Source of the DNA: Vezdaea acicularis
Taxonomy: Eukaryota
Assembly: GCA_026025075.1 (NCBI GenBank)
Contig: JAPEUI010000062.1
Span: 1-64,000, forward strand
Length of the DNA stretch: 64,000 nt
Direction: 5' to 3'
The position numbers and the translations under genes are program-made. Every line of letters starts with the position of its first letter. Within the stretch, counting starts at the first letter, position 1. Positions 23,068-36,128 of this stretch are shown here, piece by piece. Under the pieces are notes generated by a model. The model saw only the letters and a program-made list of their open reading frames with translations, was not told where the DNA came from and ran no database searches.

Positions 23068-26000
23068 TCAGTTATCGTCTTCTTCTTTAAGTTTCAAGTT
23101 GGAAGCTCCGCCAACAAATCCCTTCGTGACCCCGTCAGGTATCTCTGACTCTTTTAGTAGGTCGAAGCCTTTGGGCCCTTCGACGAGAATCCTTCCTGTT
23201 CTTGCTTGAAGAATGTCGACATCGATCGTGTTGAGCGAGAGAAAGCGATACACATGTACCAATTTTGTCTGTCCAAAACGTCGAGCACGACCAACAGCTT
23301 GTGTCATAGAAGCGTGATACGTGTACTGCGAAGTAGTAAGTAAAGGTGACAGAAAGATGACATGATTCGCATTTGTCAGATTGCTGTGAGAACTATTTAG
23401 TAAATGATACAAGTCGGATGATGCGAGAGAGACTTACGCTCCGCTTGCAGACTCATCTGCGAGGTTCAGAACAAGTACTTTCTTCCTTACTTTCGTATTG
23501 TTTGTCTGGAAATCAGTCATTGCCTCTGCCAACTTTTTGCTGCCTTTAAATAGAGCGTGGTGTGCTATGTCGTGGTCGTGAAGAGCCTGGGAGACTTTCT
23601 CCATCAAGTCATCGTATTGCACGAACAGAAGCACCTGGTCTTCACTAGGTATTTTGTTGCTTATGAGATTGATGATCTCTTCAATCTTCCGCCCATAGTG
23701 TCGACCCACACGAGCTCGTTGATCTTCCTCTCCCAGATCTGTACCCTTATAGATGTAATTAGACTTGGCGGCAGCATTGCACCCCTCCACTACACACTCT
23801 TCAGTGGCCTTCGTGCTTTCAAGGCAAGTATCGCAGGAGATATGCCCGCATGGTCCGATTACAAACAATTTGGCCGGTTCTAAGTTCCCGGCCTTGCATT
23901 TTGAGCAACTAAGAAGCTCACCTGCAGTGCTCTTTTCATCTTCCAAGCCAGAGTGGGCGAGCTGCAACGCTCGCACAACTCTAATGAACCGTAATTGCCT
24001 AATACGAACAACAAATTCAGTAGAGAGACGGCGCAAATGGCCCGCTAGATCGCGAAGGGCTTGAATTTTCTGAGGCTTTGTATCAAGCTCGAGTGCCCGC
24101 CCGTCTTCGTCAGATGTTGCAAAGTCACTCGGATCATCGGAATCGCTCGAAGGCTGCTTCTTCTTCCTTCTCTTTGCCTTCTTCTTGTCCTTCTTCTGGT
24201 AAGGGGCCTTGTAAAAGAGATCGCCATCTTTCGATTTGGAGTTCTTCTTAGCACAATCTATCAGCTGAAGGAGCTCTGCGGTTCCTGGAAGATCCCCAAA
24301 TGCGTTCTTTTTCACATTCTTGATCCATCCAACGTAGTGCATGTCATCTTCTTTAACCTGTCTCTTTAACCATTCCGCATGTTTGAGATTTCTTTCAAGG
24401 TCGCGAATCAGATCCTTATGCTGTCTTTCCCGTTCTGCGACGAGATAGTCGCAAGCCTGTGTTGCATTTTGCCTCCCGTCTCTTAAATCTCCCAAGGTGA
24501 AGTGAGAGCACCGCTTTAGAAGCGCCTCTTCCGCTGATTTGGCGCCCCCAATTGTCTCATTCAGCCGTCGCTCCCTATCATTATCCATGCGAGACTTTCC
24601 CTTACGGATCTGGAGGTCCTGAGACAGTAAGTGCTGTTGCAGCTCGAGGTAAATAGCCCGCTCGGCAGCGGGAAGGGTCACAGGTTGCAGGTGTTCCTTA
24701 AATGGAATCTCATCGATTTCTGCAATGTTCTGTCTCATGAACTGGTTGAGGAAACCTTGGGCAACGCCTTGTCGATGCTCGTGCCATGCTGGGGAGCGGT
24801 TCTGCCTAAACGATTGAAATTGTTCAACAGCCGTGCGATCTTTTTCTAGAGCCTTGATGTTTCGGCCTTTAATGACCCCAACGGTCTCGTCGTCTACCCC
24901 GAGGCTGATACCTAAGAAGCTAGAGATCGTCTTGACGTCTGCAAAATCCTCAAGCGGTGGTGTGCCAGATAATACCCACCGATTGGAAGTAGCTAGAGTA
25001 GTTATGGCCATCTGGTCTTTACCAATGACGTACGTATACTCATCAACGATGACACGGTTGAAGTGGAAAAGTTGGAAAATTGGGTTAGCAAGGTTCCTCC
25101 AATCTTTCTTTGCTCCAAGCATATTGAAAGGATCGGGTACTTTACTGGCTTTCAGCGCCGTTGGATAACCCGTTTCAAAGTCGGCCGCATCATCGGAGAG
25201 GACGAGGTCGTCAGATAATTCATCCGAGTCATGCTTGCGCTTCTTGCTACCTTTCTTGAAAGCCTGTCTGGCATCTTCTTTCTTTGCTTGATCTGCACGG
25301 TAGGCTTTCCCACGAAGACGCTTCGAGGGAACCATACTTTCGAGGGCTTTGTCGTCATCTAACGAAGCAAGCTTTCCCCTTATAAGCGATATGAGGTCTG
25401 GTGGCCCCTGTTCTTTCAGAACCCCTACATGCTCTCGAATGCGGTTGAGCGCATGCGCGTACCAAGCTTCGAAAGAGCGACCCGAGGTTGCTGGTGCCTC
25501 AGGAAGAGCGGCAAAAAAGGCCACTTTTTGTAGGTATGTGGGGTTCGTGAAGATACCCCAAGCCACTATGATGATATCTGCACGCTGAAAGTCAGATATT
25601 CTCAACCTGTTCATAGTTCCAATCGACTTCAATAATAAGACTGTGTAAGACTTCCCGAGGAACTTCGAGATCTCTCGCTCCCACTGATCAGCAAGTGTAG
25701 CTGGTACGATGACTAGAGTCGCTTTCAAGGGAATCGCTTCCTCTGAAGCAGAAGGCAATTGGTTGCCCGTGGAATGAAATTGAGTGTCAATCAATCCAAG
25801 GGTAATAGCTGTCTTGCCATATCCGACCTGGTCCGCTGAGACGCCACCATGAACGTAGATAGTTTTGGTTGCGCGACCCTCAGCTCGCCAACCAAGCTGA
25901 GGAAGTAATGCCTCCTCGATCTCTTCTTCATCGAAAGGCGGTGCTTCCCTACTCTCCTGTTCCAGCATCCAGCTCAGGGACCGGAGCTGTTCGGGACGAA

Positions 26001-29000
26001 GAGGGAAGCGCTTGAAACCCGGAGGTTGCGGACATGAGCCATCTTTCTGGTTGCTGCGTAATGTCAACTTCGGCACTCCAATCTTGGGTGGCACTACGTA
26101 GTCTGTGGTAAGACGCCAGCTGATAGAAATTTCTTCGTTGTTCCTTCCTCTTGGAAGATTGGCTAGTGCTCGGTGTAAAAGCGTCTTCACATTAAGCCCA
26201 ATCTGTAGCTCTCCGACGTTCTCCTTGTTAATTCGGATTCGAGTAACAAAAGGGGATGGTCTGTTTTTGAGAGCATGTTCGAATGGCGCTGCCTGTTTTG
26301 GATCTTCGTATGGGATGAGCTTCTGTTTAAAGACCTTCCATCTTACAAGAGGCGAGCTGGGCGCACACAGCTGGCAGCGTTCACAATCACTCGGTGGAGC
26401 TAACTGTTTCCAATTCTCGAGGCCGGGGATTCGGCGCATACGCTCTGTAAGCCAAGCAAATGCCTCAAACGTTGACCTTTCATTGATCTTGTTGACAACT
26501 TTCCAACCACCACGCTGCCAGGCGGAATCTTCTTCAGACTTGAGAGGAACCTTGCAGCTTAAAATGGAGATGGGAACACTGCATGAATCTTTCTCATACG
26601 AAACATCCAAATCTCCTGGCGGAATAGCATAGCTAGCCTCTGGTTTCGAAGAGCTTGTATTCAACGAAGCCCAAGGGCATTGAATCCACTTCCCATCAAC
26701 ATTGCAAGATACGGGTTGACTTCCTGCGGCGGATGATGGCCGCCACTTCGAATCCATGCGAAGTATTATTGAACGGCGTTCACCGTAGTCGAGTCTGTAC
26801 TTCTCAAGCGCGAAAACGAAGTAATCCATTGTCGGGTCGCCGATACGGCTCGGATCTAAGAAAAGATAAACTGGGTTTAAACCATCGTCTTCTGTCCTTC
26901 TATGCAGACTGCCGGAGGCAGTGCCACAATTTGGAAGGAATGTGTAGTCGCCAGAAATATCAACGTCAAGGAGTAATGCATCAGTGCCCTTGACCGATAT
27001 TCGTAATCTTCTCCAAACTTTTTTATCAGCAAACCTCGGCTCTTGTAAGCCCAAATTCGACTCCCAGGAGCGAACAAGAGAAGCATTACCACCAGCGTCT
27101 TGTTCATCGGTGGGCATATCAAGTTTGTTACCAGCTTCTGTCGCAGGCTTTTCATCAGTATTGATGCCCTGAATTGCTACCTTAATCGTTTGCGACACAG
27201 GAAGACAGAATTGCCATTCTCCTTTGATGAGATTCTCTCCGATCGGCCTCATCCGAGCAAAAGGTCGCTCGAGGAGCTTTCGAAGCCGGCTATCGCCTCT
27301 TTCTTTAACAGGGGCTTTAGCATAAACCCGCCACTCAGCAAAGTTTTGTTGAATGATGAACTCAATCCTTGAGACCGGTGATTCATAATAGACCGTCCAA
27401 GTCTCCGCACGTTTCAGTGAATGAAATCGAACTTCGACCCTAAGAGCAGAGAGGACAGACTTTGTGAAGACTTCCCAGGTCGATGGCGATACAGCTGCGC
27501 TGATACCTGACTTCATTTCATCGAGAATCTCCGCACTTAGTCCAGCTAAGTGAACTCGCATTGGCAGGACGTCCTTCAAACGATTCTCAAACTGGCTGGG
27601 AGGGATACGATTGGCAAGTTCTTCTTTACTGATGATATCGTATTCGTGGGAAGGATTGCCACCGCATCTTACACAGGTAGTGTGGCTGCAGAGCTTGCAG
27701 CGCTGAAATCGTCGTGAAATGGGGCTGACTAGCGCGCGCCCTTCACAGATACAGAGACGGATGCTGCGTCGCGCGTCCGACAGGATCGATTGTATAGGCT
27801 CATGGTTGAAGCCGGACAGATTGATGTGCTTCAAACGCAGCTTTTCCTCGCCAGAGAACGCCTGCTTGTCATCATTGTCACTGTCCAAAACCATACGTTG
27901 ACCGTCGCCTTTGTTCAATGCCCTATGACCGACAATGATAGCACCCATTACTGCAGCGCCAACAACAGTGGTGCTCATCGCATTGCCGGCAAGATCTTGG
28001 AGTTGCTTCTGGTTCTCGCGGGTCAGAAGCAGCTTGTTGATCGGGAGTCCTTGCATTGCCAAAGACTCAAGCCCAGTCATGGGGCCGCCACGGGTTGTAA
28101 TGTACGGATAGCCTGTGGGCGTTATGCAGTTGCAGATACCGAATGGCGTAGTATCCGTGAAACGGTCAATGTTCTGTGATAGTTCCCATACTCTGCATTT
28201 ATACTGGGAATCGAATCCTCGTTTGGCGCATCGAAGATGAGACATCTCAAAGGTATCCCAGATACGTTCCACCTGGCCCTTGCCCCAGTCTGTCCAGGCA
28301 TAATCAGGCATTGACGCCGAGCCGTTATCTTCCCAGCCCGTATACGGGCGTTTGGAACCAAGTAGGAGATCTGCTCGATAATCTTGATGTCGGCCTTGAC
28401 ATTTTACCCAGGACACTTCTCTGGGGGCTTTTTCGTCTCCGCGCGCACCCTTAGACATTTCCTCTCTGCCCTTATGTACGCGTGGGTCGTCATCCGGTAA
28501 TAAGAATGCTTCTACTGAGCTGCTCACAGGTCGCTCAAGAGACTTCATTATACTCGCCCATTTCTTTGCACTTGATGTAGCTGAGCCAAGCTTGTTCTTG
28601 TCGATACATATCATGTACCCACGCATCCTAGTTTGGGGTAGATAGTATGATTTGGTATCGGGCTTGACCCATTCAGCAGAGTAGTTAGCATTCTCTTCCC
28701 AAACTTTCTGAATCTTGGCCCATGGAGCATTGAGAACATTCTCTAAAACAATGATAGTCGGCCTCCACGTCTTGGCGTAGTGTAAAATGGCTCGAAATGT
28801 GTCTCCTGACTCGCCAGTATCCTCTAAATTCTGTTTGTTGTTGTTGAGATTTGAGAAGTCGACGCAAGAGAAACCTGCCACCAACAAATCCACATCCCCA
28901 GGTATTCGGGTTGTTGCACCATAAGCACTAGTAGCTTCCGTGCTACCGATCAGCTCCCGAATGTCACGGAAGATAATAGGTGGCGAGAAGTTCCGTTCAA

Positions 29001-30422
29001 TGTATGCTTGTTTAAATGGCACAATCTCCGCACTAAAGAGATGTTCTAGCTCTAAAGCCAATCCAAAATCTTTTCTGAGGCTCTCAGATATGAGTTCAAG
29101 AGCAAGCAATGGGCTTTCAGTTCCGGAACACATTGTGGCGACCTTAAGCTTATTCGTACCTAGATATTCGACTGCATCGCGAAGGCCTAGCTTAATGCCT
29201 TTAGCGGTCATGTCATCGAAAATGTCATTGATTTCATGCATTGGTGGATACTCTTCATGCACACCAGTCTTGAACGCCCAAGTATCCTTATTTCTCTGGA
29301 CCATGTTGACTTTAGTGGTGGTACTACCACCATAGAGTGTGGCCTGCCTTGCTGCAGAAGTTTTTGCTGTGACTTTAGGACGTTTCGCAGTATGGCTTTC
29401 CGAGAGCTCTAAATCGGTGTTGTCATCCTTATCATATTCGCCGCTAGATGAAGTACTTGCTGAACTGTCCTCGCTTCCGTCCTCAGCCTCGAGGCAGCTA
29501 TTCATTTCTTCGCTGTTCGGATCATAAGATGAGGTCTGACTAGATAACTGCTCGTCATCCAAAACCTCAAGTACTTCAATAGATGAAGATGTGGGTGAAG
29601 ATGTGCGTTTTTTTCTATGTATGAGTTGCTTCCCTTTTGGTTTGACAGTGAAACTTTTCTGCTTTAAGAAGCCTTGGCTCTGCTTTGGTCGACTCGGGAT
29701 TATTGGAGCTGTAGACTGTGATTGTGTTAAAATTTAGCCATAAGAGATTTTCTTGTAGGAAATCTGTTATGGATGGGTTCAACACATACCAAATGGCGTG
29801 TTGGCGGCTGCAACCATCCGTCTAAAGAGCTCCGCTCTTTCCTAGGGGAGGGACGATGAGGAAGTTTCCCAGAGATCTGGGCCACGGGAACAGGCTTAGG
29901 AACTGTGTTTGCAGGTATGTAAGATAAAGAAGTAGCTATAAAGCTAGTTGAGACAAAGAAAGGGAAAACGTTACTCGCAATGTGGTCCAGCCACATTCGT
30001 CCCTTCGGACGACCCTTAGCACCCAGTTTTGGAGAGTCGACATCCTGCAATAATTCTCTACATTTGGAATCCGTATGCATTTGGGTATGGGTTGCTGTGT
30101 ATTCATGACTCGACGCTTTCGTTATAAAGTGGGGCGAATGGTGAACCTCAGCCATCGGATCTTCGATGTCGGCTTCAGAGTCTTCATCAAAATCGCTCTT
30201 TTCTTCATCTGAATTTATAGTAATGATGGTATTGACTGACGTTGATTGGAACCGAGAACTCAACCGTGTTGTATGTGCACCAAACCGATCTTTGCGTTTA
30301 GGTTGAGTCACGATCTTAATTTTCTTTTGATAGTTTGGTATAACTTCGAGATCATCATCAAAGTCTATCTCCGATTCATCGGAAGACAAAACGATCGTCC
30401 TTGCTAGCCTTCTCTTTGCCAT
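23068..30422 (-). CDS. DNMT5: DNMT5-type C5-cytosine DNA methyltransferase fused to SNF2 ATPase and RING finger
   Basis: MTase motifs ATMCSGTESP, LLVAGFSCVDFS, IIVLENV, PQTRMRGY, LAGNAM. SNF2 motifs DQVGYGKT, ATLVIVP, VIVDEYT, WVLSGTP. RING CSKC..CGHISCDTC..CVVEGC. Helicase-C GANLTNANHVIF..QAVGRARRFGQ. Introns 29789-29716 and 23437-23384 join the ORFs in frame. Confidence 0.9.
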
Positions 30423-30639
30423 GATGCTTGCTCTTGCCTCTCTAAAATTTAATCTAACTACGATGTAGAGAGTAGATGGATGCAGATGCAAACCTTTCGA
30501 ATACAGGACAAGGTTTAAAGTTTCATCATTGTGTGATGAAATCACTAGCCACCAGGTCACTTTACTTGTGTTGCAAGACTGCAATATTGAGCGAACAAGC
30601 CCTATCGTTGCATTATTTCACGATCTCTTAGAAGCAATA

Positions 30640-30692
30640 TTTCGTGCTCCAAAATTTTGGGCCGACGCGGTTAAGCAACGCGTTCAAACGCG
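30640..30692. promoter_or_regulatory. Cluster of MCB-like (ACGCG x3) and SCB-like (CACGAAA) elements upstream of DNMT5
   Basis: ACGCG at 30665, ACGCGT at 30678, ACGCG at 30688, TTTCGTG at 30640; 220-270 bp 5' of the ATG at 30422. Confidence 0.55.
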
Positions 30693-30983
30693 CTAAGCTG
30701 TATTAGCCTAGGTGCTAGCTAAGCGAGTAGACGTAAACAGCCACCAGCAACAAGTAGCTGTATGGGAGAACAGCAAACGATAGAGATAAAGAGATTGGTT
30801 TCTACGCATAGAAAACTTCGCAATAAAAGTCCTGAATCAAAGCATAACACTACATTTGAAAATTGATTTCCACAAACCAGAGTTTGGTGGTATATGGACA
30901 TCTTTGAGATTAGATAGGGCCAATACATGTGTTAGCCATCCTCTGAGGAGGGTATTATCGGTGAGAATTTGATTTGTTGGGAT

Positions 30984-33437
30984 TTAGAAGGTGGATTCCC
31001 TCAATCGTCCTCGTCTGAGCCTCACATCGTACTCTAACCATTTCGCCTTTCTGCCTCGTCCAGCTTCCACCAATCGTCCTGGATTCATCACATGGCATCC
31101 TTCATAAGTGACACAGAAAGGCGGCGTTTCGGTATCTGCTAAGACTAAAGATGTCGGCAAAGGATAGAGTTGTAAAGCACTGGCATGATCCCATAGAACA
31201 GGCCGGGTGGATAGCGGAAATGGAGACAGATGGCCTTGGTCGAGCATAGTTTTTGTGAGCTTTCGAGCTAGATGTAGATCCATGGAGAGGGCCACATTCT
31301 CTTGCTCGTCTTCTGCTACTGATGGTACGTGAGACTCGGCCTCCAAGACTGCATGGTCAATATCCATCTGTTCATCGGAACCTCTCTTTGCAGAGTTTGT
31401 TCTGACTTTTTCGCGGGTTTCTTCTTCATCATCGTGATCGCTGACTCTGAATTTGATCGCGTTGCGCCGCAGGCGTCCTGATACATCATCTCGGAAGAAG
31501 ACGATCTCTTGAGATGGCCCGAAAAGACTCAATCGGGATGGGTTGGTCGTCCATATTGCTCCCCCAATGACCTTCCTCCCTAGTGTGCTCTCGGCCTCTG
31601 CATTAGCTGAGGCAAAAGCTCGTTTGACTCTTGAAGTGAATAGATCCGGGACACTTTTTCGGGGAATAGGTGTGGCAGCTCCAGCTGAAAATGCTGAGGC
31701 CCACGGGTCGTTGTCGCCTGGCACGAAGATAAAATTTGACTGTTGCAGGATAGAAGGAAACTCGGACAGGGCTGAAGCAAGAGAGTCGAAGTACTCCTTA
31801 TATTCAATACTTCCGCCGCTACCACCCCCGGCCACCACTGCATCCTGGACGAAATTTCCCATTAGTACAAATGCAATTGGTGCTTCCTTTTCTGGTTCAG
31901 CAGCGTAAATCCCTATGACCTTTTTCAAAGCTACTAAAGCTCTTGAATGATCGAGATTCACTTCTCCGAGGATAATGATTCGACCAGCCCCGGCTCCGAA
32001 TTCCGAATCTAGAGGTGTATGTAGGATACGATGCTCGAGTTTTCGCATCTTCGGCCCTAGAGCACGTTCACTGCCAACACCCAGGAAGTCCACCCATCCG
32101 AAACCTCCACCAGCGGTGACGTCTCCATTCTGTCCAGTCCCAGATACCCCCAGCGTGATTTCTCTTCGTTCACAGGGTGGACCACCAATAGTAAAACCAA
32201 CAAACTTGCCTCCTATAGTGCCACCAACACCACCTCCTCCGCCAAATCCTCCCGCAGCGATATTGTACTCTTCCTCATATACGCCATCCACGAGAACAAT
32301 CATGCCCGGACAGAACCATGCACCGTCCTCAGGTAGAGGCTTCGCTTGCTGTAAATCCAGAGCTATGCTTCCGCTCAGATCACTTATAGCCAAAGTGCCA
32401 GTGGGTGTTAAAGCCAAGAGACCAAGAAGTAAATGGCTACTACCACCACGGCCAAGAAGATTCGAGATTGGAGTTATTTTATACGACTGCTGCGCGGTTG
32501 CTAAAGTCGAGGAAGATCGTTGGAGAGAAGGAATGTGATTTGGGGCGAAAGAAGGTGTTTGAAACGCATCGTTGCGCAGGAGACGTTGGTATATCAAGTC
32601 ATACCGGTGGCGGAAGAGATCAAGTTTATGTGAAGGTGAGGGAAGTAGAGACGGTGCTGTGTTGATGCTACGTGCATTTTTCAATGGATATTCTAGAAAA
32701 TGGTATTAGAGCCTGACTGACCGTTCAAAATGTTTCTTGCTGACATCATATGATAATCGAGGCTGTTCGAAAGCTCCGATTACTTTTAGCCAATTCCTCA
32801 CATCCTTTGAACTGCCCTCATCTTCATCCACACGCAGCTCGGACATCCCAATGCTTGACTGATTTTCATCTTGCCTGAGGCTATATGGTTTGCTGTGAAA
32901 CCCATTAGCATCAGTATCGCCATCAGCGTTGGCTCCAAATGCGAAGCTCTCTTTTCGTGCTAAATATTTGTCCTGTACAATTCTTCCTGCGACCATGCAT
33001 CCCTCTAAGTCTCTTATAATCGCCTTCAACTGCTCACTCGCTCCATCTACAAGCACACCACCTCCGTTTTTCTTCCAAGCTTTAGCCACATCATCCAATA
33101 CTTTCTCCGCCAATCCTTCTTCTCTCCATCCAGCCCCGCAGTGCTTTCCAACAAAAGTAGCTAGCGCCTGCAAGGCCGCAGAGGTCAATGTCAAGTTGTG
33201 TTTCTTCGTAAATATTCGAAAAGCCACAGGGCGCAAAATTGCGGAAGGGAGTAGAATAGGGAGTATCGTAGTTTTGGAGAGAGTTGGCGCAGTGACGTCG
33301 AAGGAGCGGATCGGGTTGACAGGAGTATCAAAAGCTGGAGAGGACGATGGAATGGGATGTAGTAGAGTGGGGGTAGGAGGCGGGATGCGAAAGATAGGCG
33401 CAGGTTGCACGGATGGGGGTTTTGGTTCATGGCCCAT
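30984..33437 (-). CDS. DPB2: DNA polymerase epsilon subunit B
   Basis: LRPVAFRIFTKKHNLTL, RYDLIYQRLLRN, PGMIVLVDG, FIFVPGDNDPW, TTNPSRL, DQGHLSPF, LYPLPTSLVLAD; intron 32721-32668. Confidence 0.93.
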
Positions 33438-36128
33438 AGCCTCTCCGTCAGTCCAGGTTACAGCCCTTATGCTATTAGGGGATGGAGGTAGCTGATTCTC
33501 CGGCGGTGGCCAGGTCGTACCTGATCATAAAGCTGCTCAGTAGGTGTAACGCCTTCTGCGCTCCCGCGGGTCGCTTCCCTGCATTTTTGCATTCGGGCAC
33601 TCGTCTCTTGACTTGACTTTGACTACGAAACTATGGGCGGGCCAGTGGGCGACTTGACTTGGGGTGTCAATCCAATTGGGTTGCTCTGTTAGGGTTAGTG
33701 TCGTATTCCAGATTTTCCATCTACAATGCGGATTTCTCTTAATTCATCAATCATTATCTCATTGCTTCACACAAGCCTCAGAAACTTTGTGTGTGACACG
33801 ACCCATGTCAAAAATCAAGCAAATTTACAAAATGTAGGGAGGCTCGAGTTCTTCCGCATTTCTCTATTCAGCATATTAACCATATTTTCTTGGTAGGCGT
33901 GGCCTAGAGGCGTTCACAAAATCGCAAAGTTCAGCTTTACGATAGAGCTATGAACCGTAGCGCTTATTATGGAAAGGCTCTGGAGACAGCTTTGCAGGAG
34001 AAGTATACGTAGTGGGCCTGGAGATGTCCCGACTATATGAGAACCTGGATTTTGGCTCTTGAGCCCTTCGCCATGGGGCGGACCCGCGTAGCCATCTCTA
34101 ACCGTCACTATCACTGTCCACACAATGGACCAAATTAAAGATCATCGCACCAGCTTCCAAGCCTATTGTTTCTATTCTTTTGAAAGAATTGAGACTGCTT
34201 GCCCTAAATTGAGGAATAATATGGCTGAAAAGGAGGACCATTCTCGCAATCGTAGCGTATTACATCATGTGTCTGGGAAATTATGTTATTTGAGCCTTTG
34301 TTACGCTTGGAAGGAAACCGATCAAGCGGACGTGCTTGATTCACGAGCAGCTACTTTACCAATCGGTTAAGGTTTTATCATTAGGATCCATTGAAGCTTG
34401 CGAGCAGACAAAGGATAGCAGAGAGCCGACCAATATAGTTCCAGATCTATTACACAGCTTGCAAGTTGCAAATTCTACCGGAATAGCAGAACGTGGCCAT
34501 CCTCAGCTGACGCCGAAACACTTTTCGCTTTGAAGCGGTTGCTTGAAAGTTTCCTATCAAGCAGACTATTTCGAGCTATCTATCGTGGGGTGTTGACACC
34601 TTAGGCAATGATAGTTGCACATATCGGCGACTTATTGGCGGTCCACGAGAGAAAGCTTTACAAGTTTACTTATGGTACATGTTTGGGCCAGCGATGAGCA
34701 GAAGGTGGACCCGTCTCGAGGTTGTTCACATTAAGATACACACGACATTGTTTACCTTGAGAGAGGGTTGAGCATGCAACTGGTTATGTAGCTGCCGATA
34801 CGATTGCAGTCCATTTGGCGCAATATCGTGCGAGCAGCACGCTTTACTCGAGCCTTAGGCTTTATCCATCTTTTTGGAGACGGCTCTCAACAAAAGTTAT
34901 ACTCATTCTCCTTCGTACGTCAGAGCCACTGGAAGAGATAGGGAACGAGGAGAGTCATTGTCACTGGGATAATGCGTAAAAGCTGCGCTCAGCCTTTACT
35001 TTATCGAGTTCCATTGTTGTACAGGCGATGCTTCCTCGCTAAGCCGTGCGATATAAATATCATCCTTGATCGTATGAGTCGAAATGTTACTACTATGGCC
35101 TTTCTAGGTATTGGCTGTTCTCTAATAGAAGGTTGAGTGTTCAATTATTACTGCCTAACACCAACTTTAACTAGATGGGGATTGCTGACAGCTGCTTATT
35201 TGCATCAGTAGCTTATATTAGGGTTGCGAGTTCAGATACCGACAAGGACGAGCCTCTGGTTCCTTTGTAGCTGGTATGCGTCTAGCGTGGGGTTCACCGC
35301 TTGTGGAGAAAATTTGACTCGTTGAGCCCATTGTGGTCTTCAGAGGAGAAACTCCCTCCGTTCTTTAAGTCTAATCATGACTTGTGTATCTTTACGGAGC
35401 CATCCCTAGTTCAAGGGTACTCAATTCATCCTTCTTTATGTTCTTGGGCTTCGCTGGCATAGATAGGCCGCCGGCACTAGATATTGTCTTTTCTGGCCTA
35501 TGTAACTATAAGAAATTATCGAAGCTTTTGTGGAATCATTGGCTTTATATAGGTACTGATTGCTGCATGGTCGAGGCATGTAGTCGGTAAGTAGTACTCT
35601 TTGAGAGGCGGCGCTTAGACTATAGGTGAGTACTTTGTATTTGATAGTGCAGTGTTGACACAAATATAGCAAAGCTGCCTTAGTGATCTAACTTGGGTAG
35701 GGACCTTACCTGAATACAAAGGCCTCAGATAGTCGCGACCCGCCCTGTGGCTCTTGCTTGCTGCTGGTGATCATCATTGCTGTTGGAGGAAGTCGCGACG
35801 ATATCCTTCTCCTTTAATAAGGATGGTTGGGGCCGTAACTCCCCCATTTACCTAAGTCTGCCTTCTTTGGTGGTATCGCTCCCCTTGGTCGTACTCATTG
35901 CTCATCAGTCTCCTGATTCGCCTGCTCCAACGATGACTTTAGTCGCCATTGCTATCTAGAGGGTCTTAATCTTCTAAACAACTTTTCTATTCATTTGCAG
36001 ATCAGCTCTGGCAACTCGTTCACTGCGGCCAACCGCGTTTCCAACCGACTTTGTCTCTCGGATAGCTTTCATCTTTATGGTCCTGTCTGCGCCATAGCAT
36101 TGTAATTTGCTTCTGGGGATTGCTCAAA

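Noticed and set aside
23068..33437. DNMT5, DPB2 and TDG as a functional methylation gene cluster
   Set aside because: TDG is 15 kb away with unrelated genes between; adjacency alone is weak without synteny data
33606..33660. GACTT/TTGACT short repeats upstream of DPB2
   Set aside because: Low-complexity and short; no spacers, not CRISPR-like
33500..36100. 2.6-kb region with several short ORFs
   Set aside because: No homology-like motifs; best explained as the divergent DPB2/RhoGEF promoter and 5' UTR
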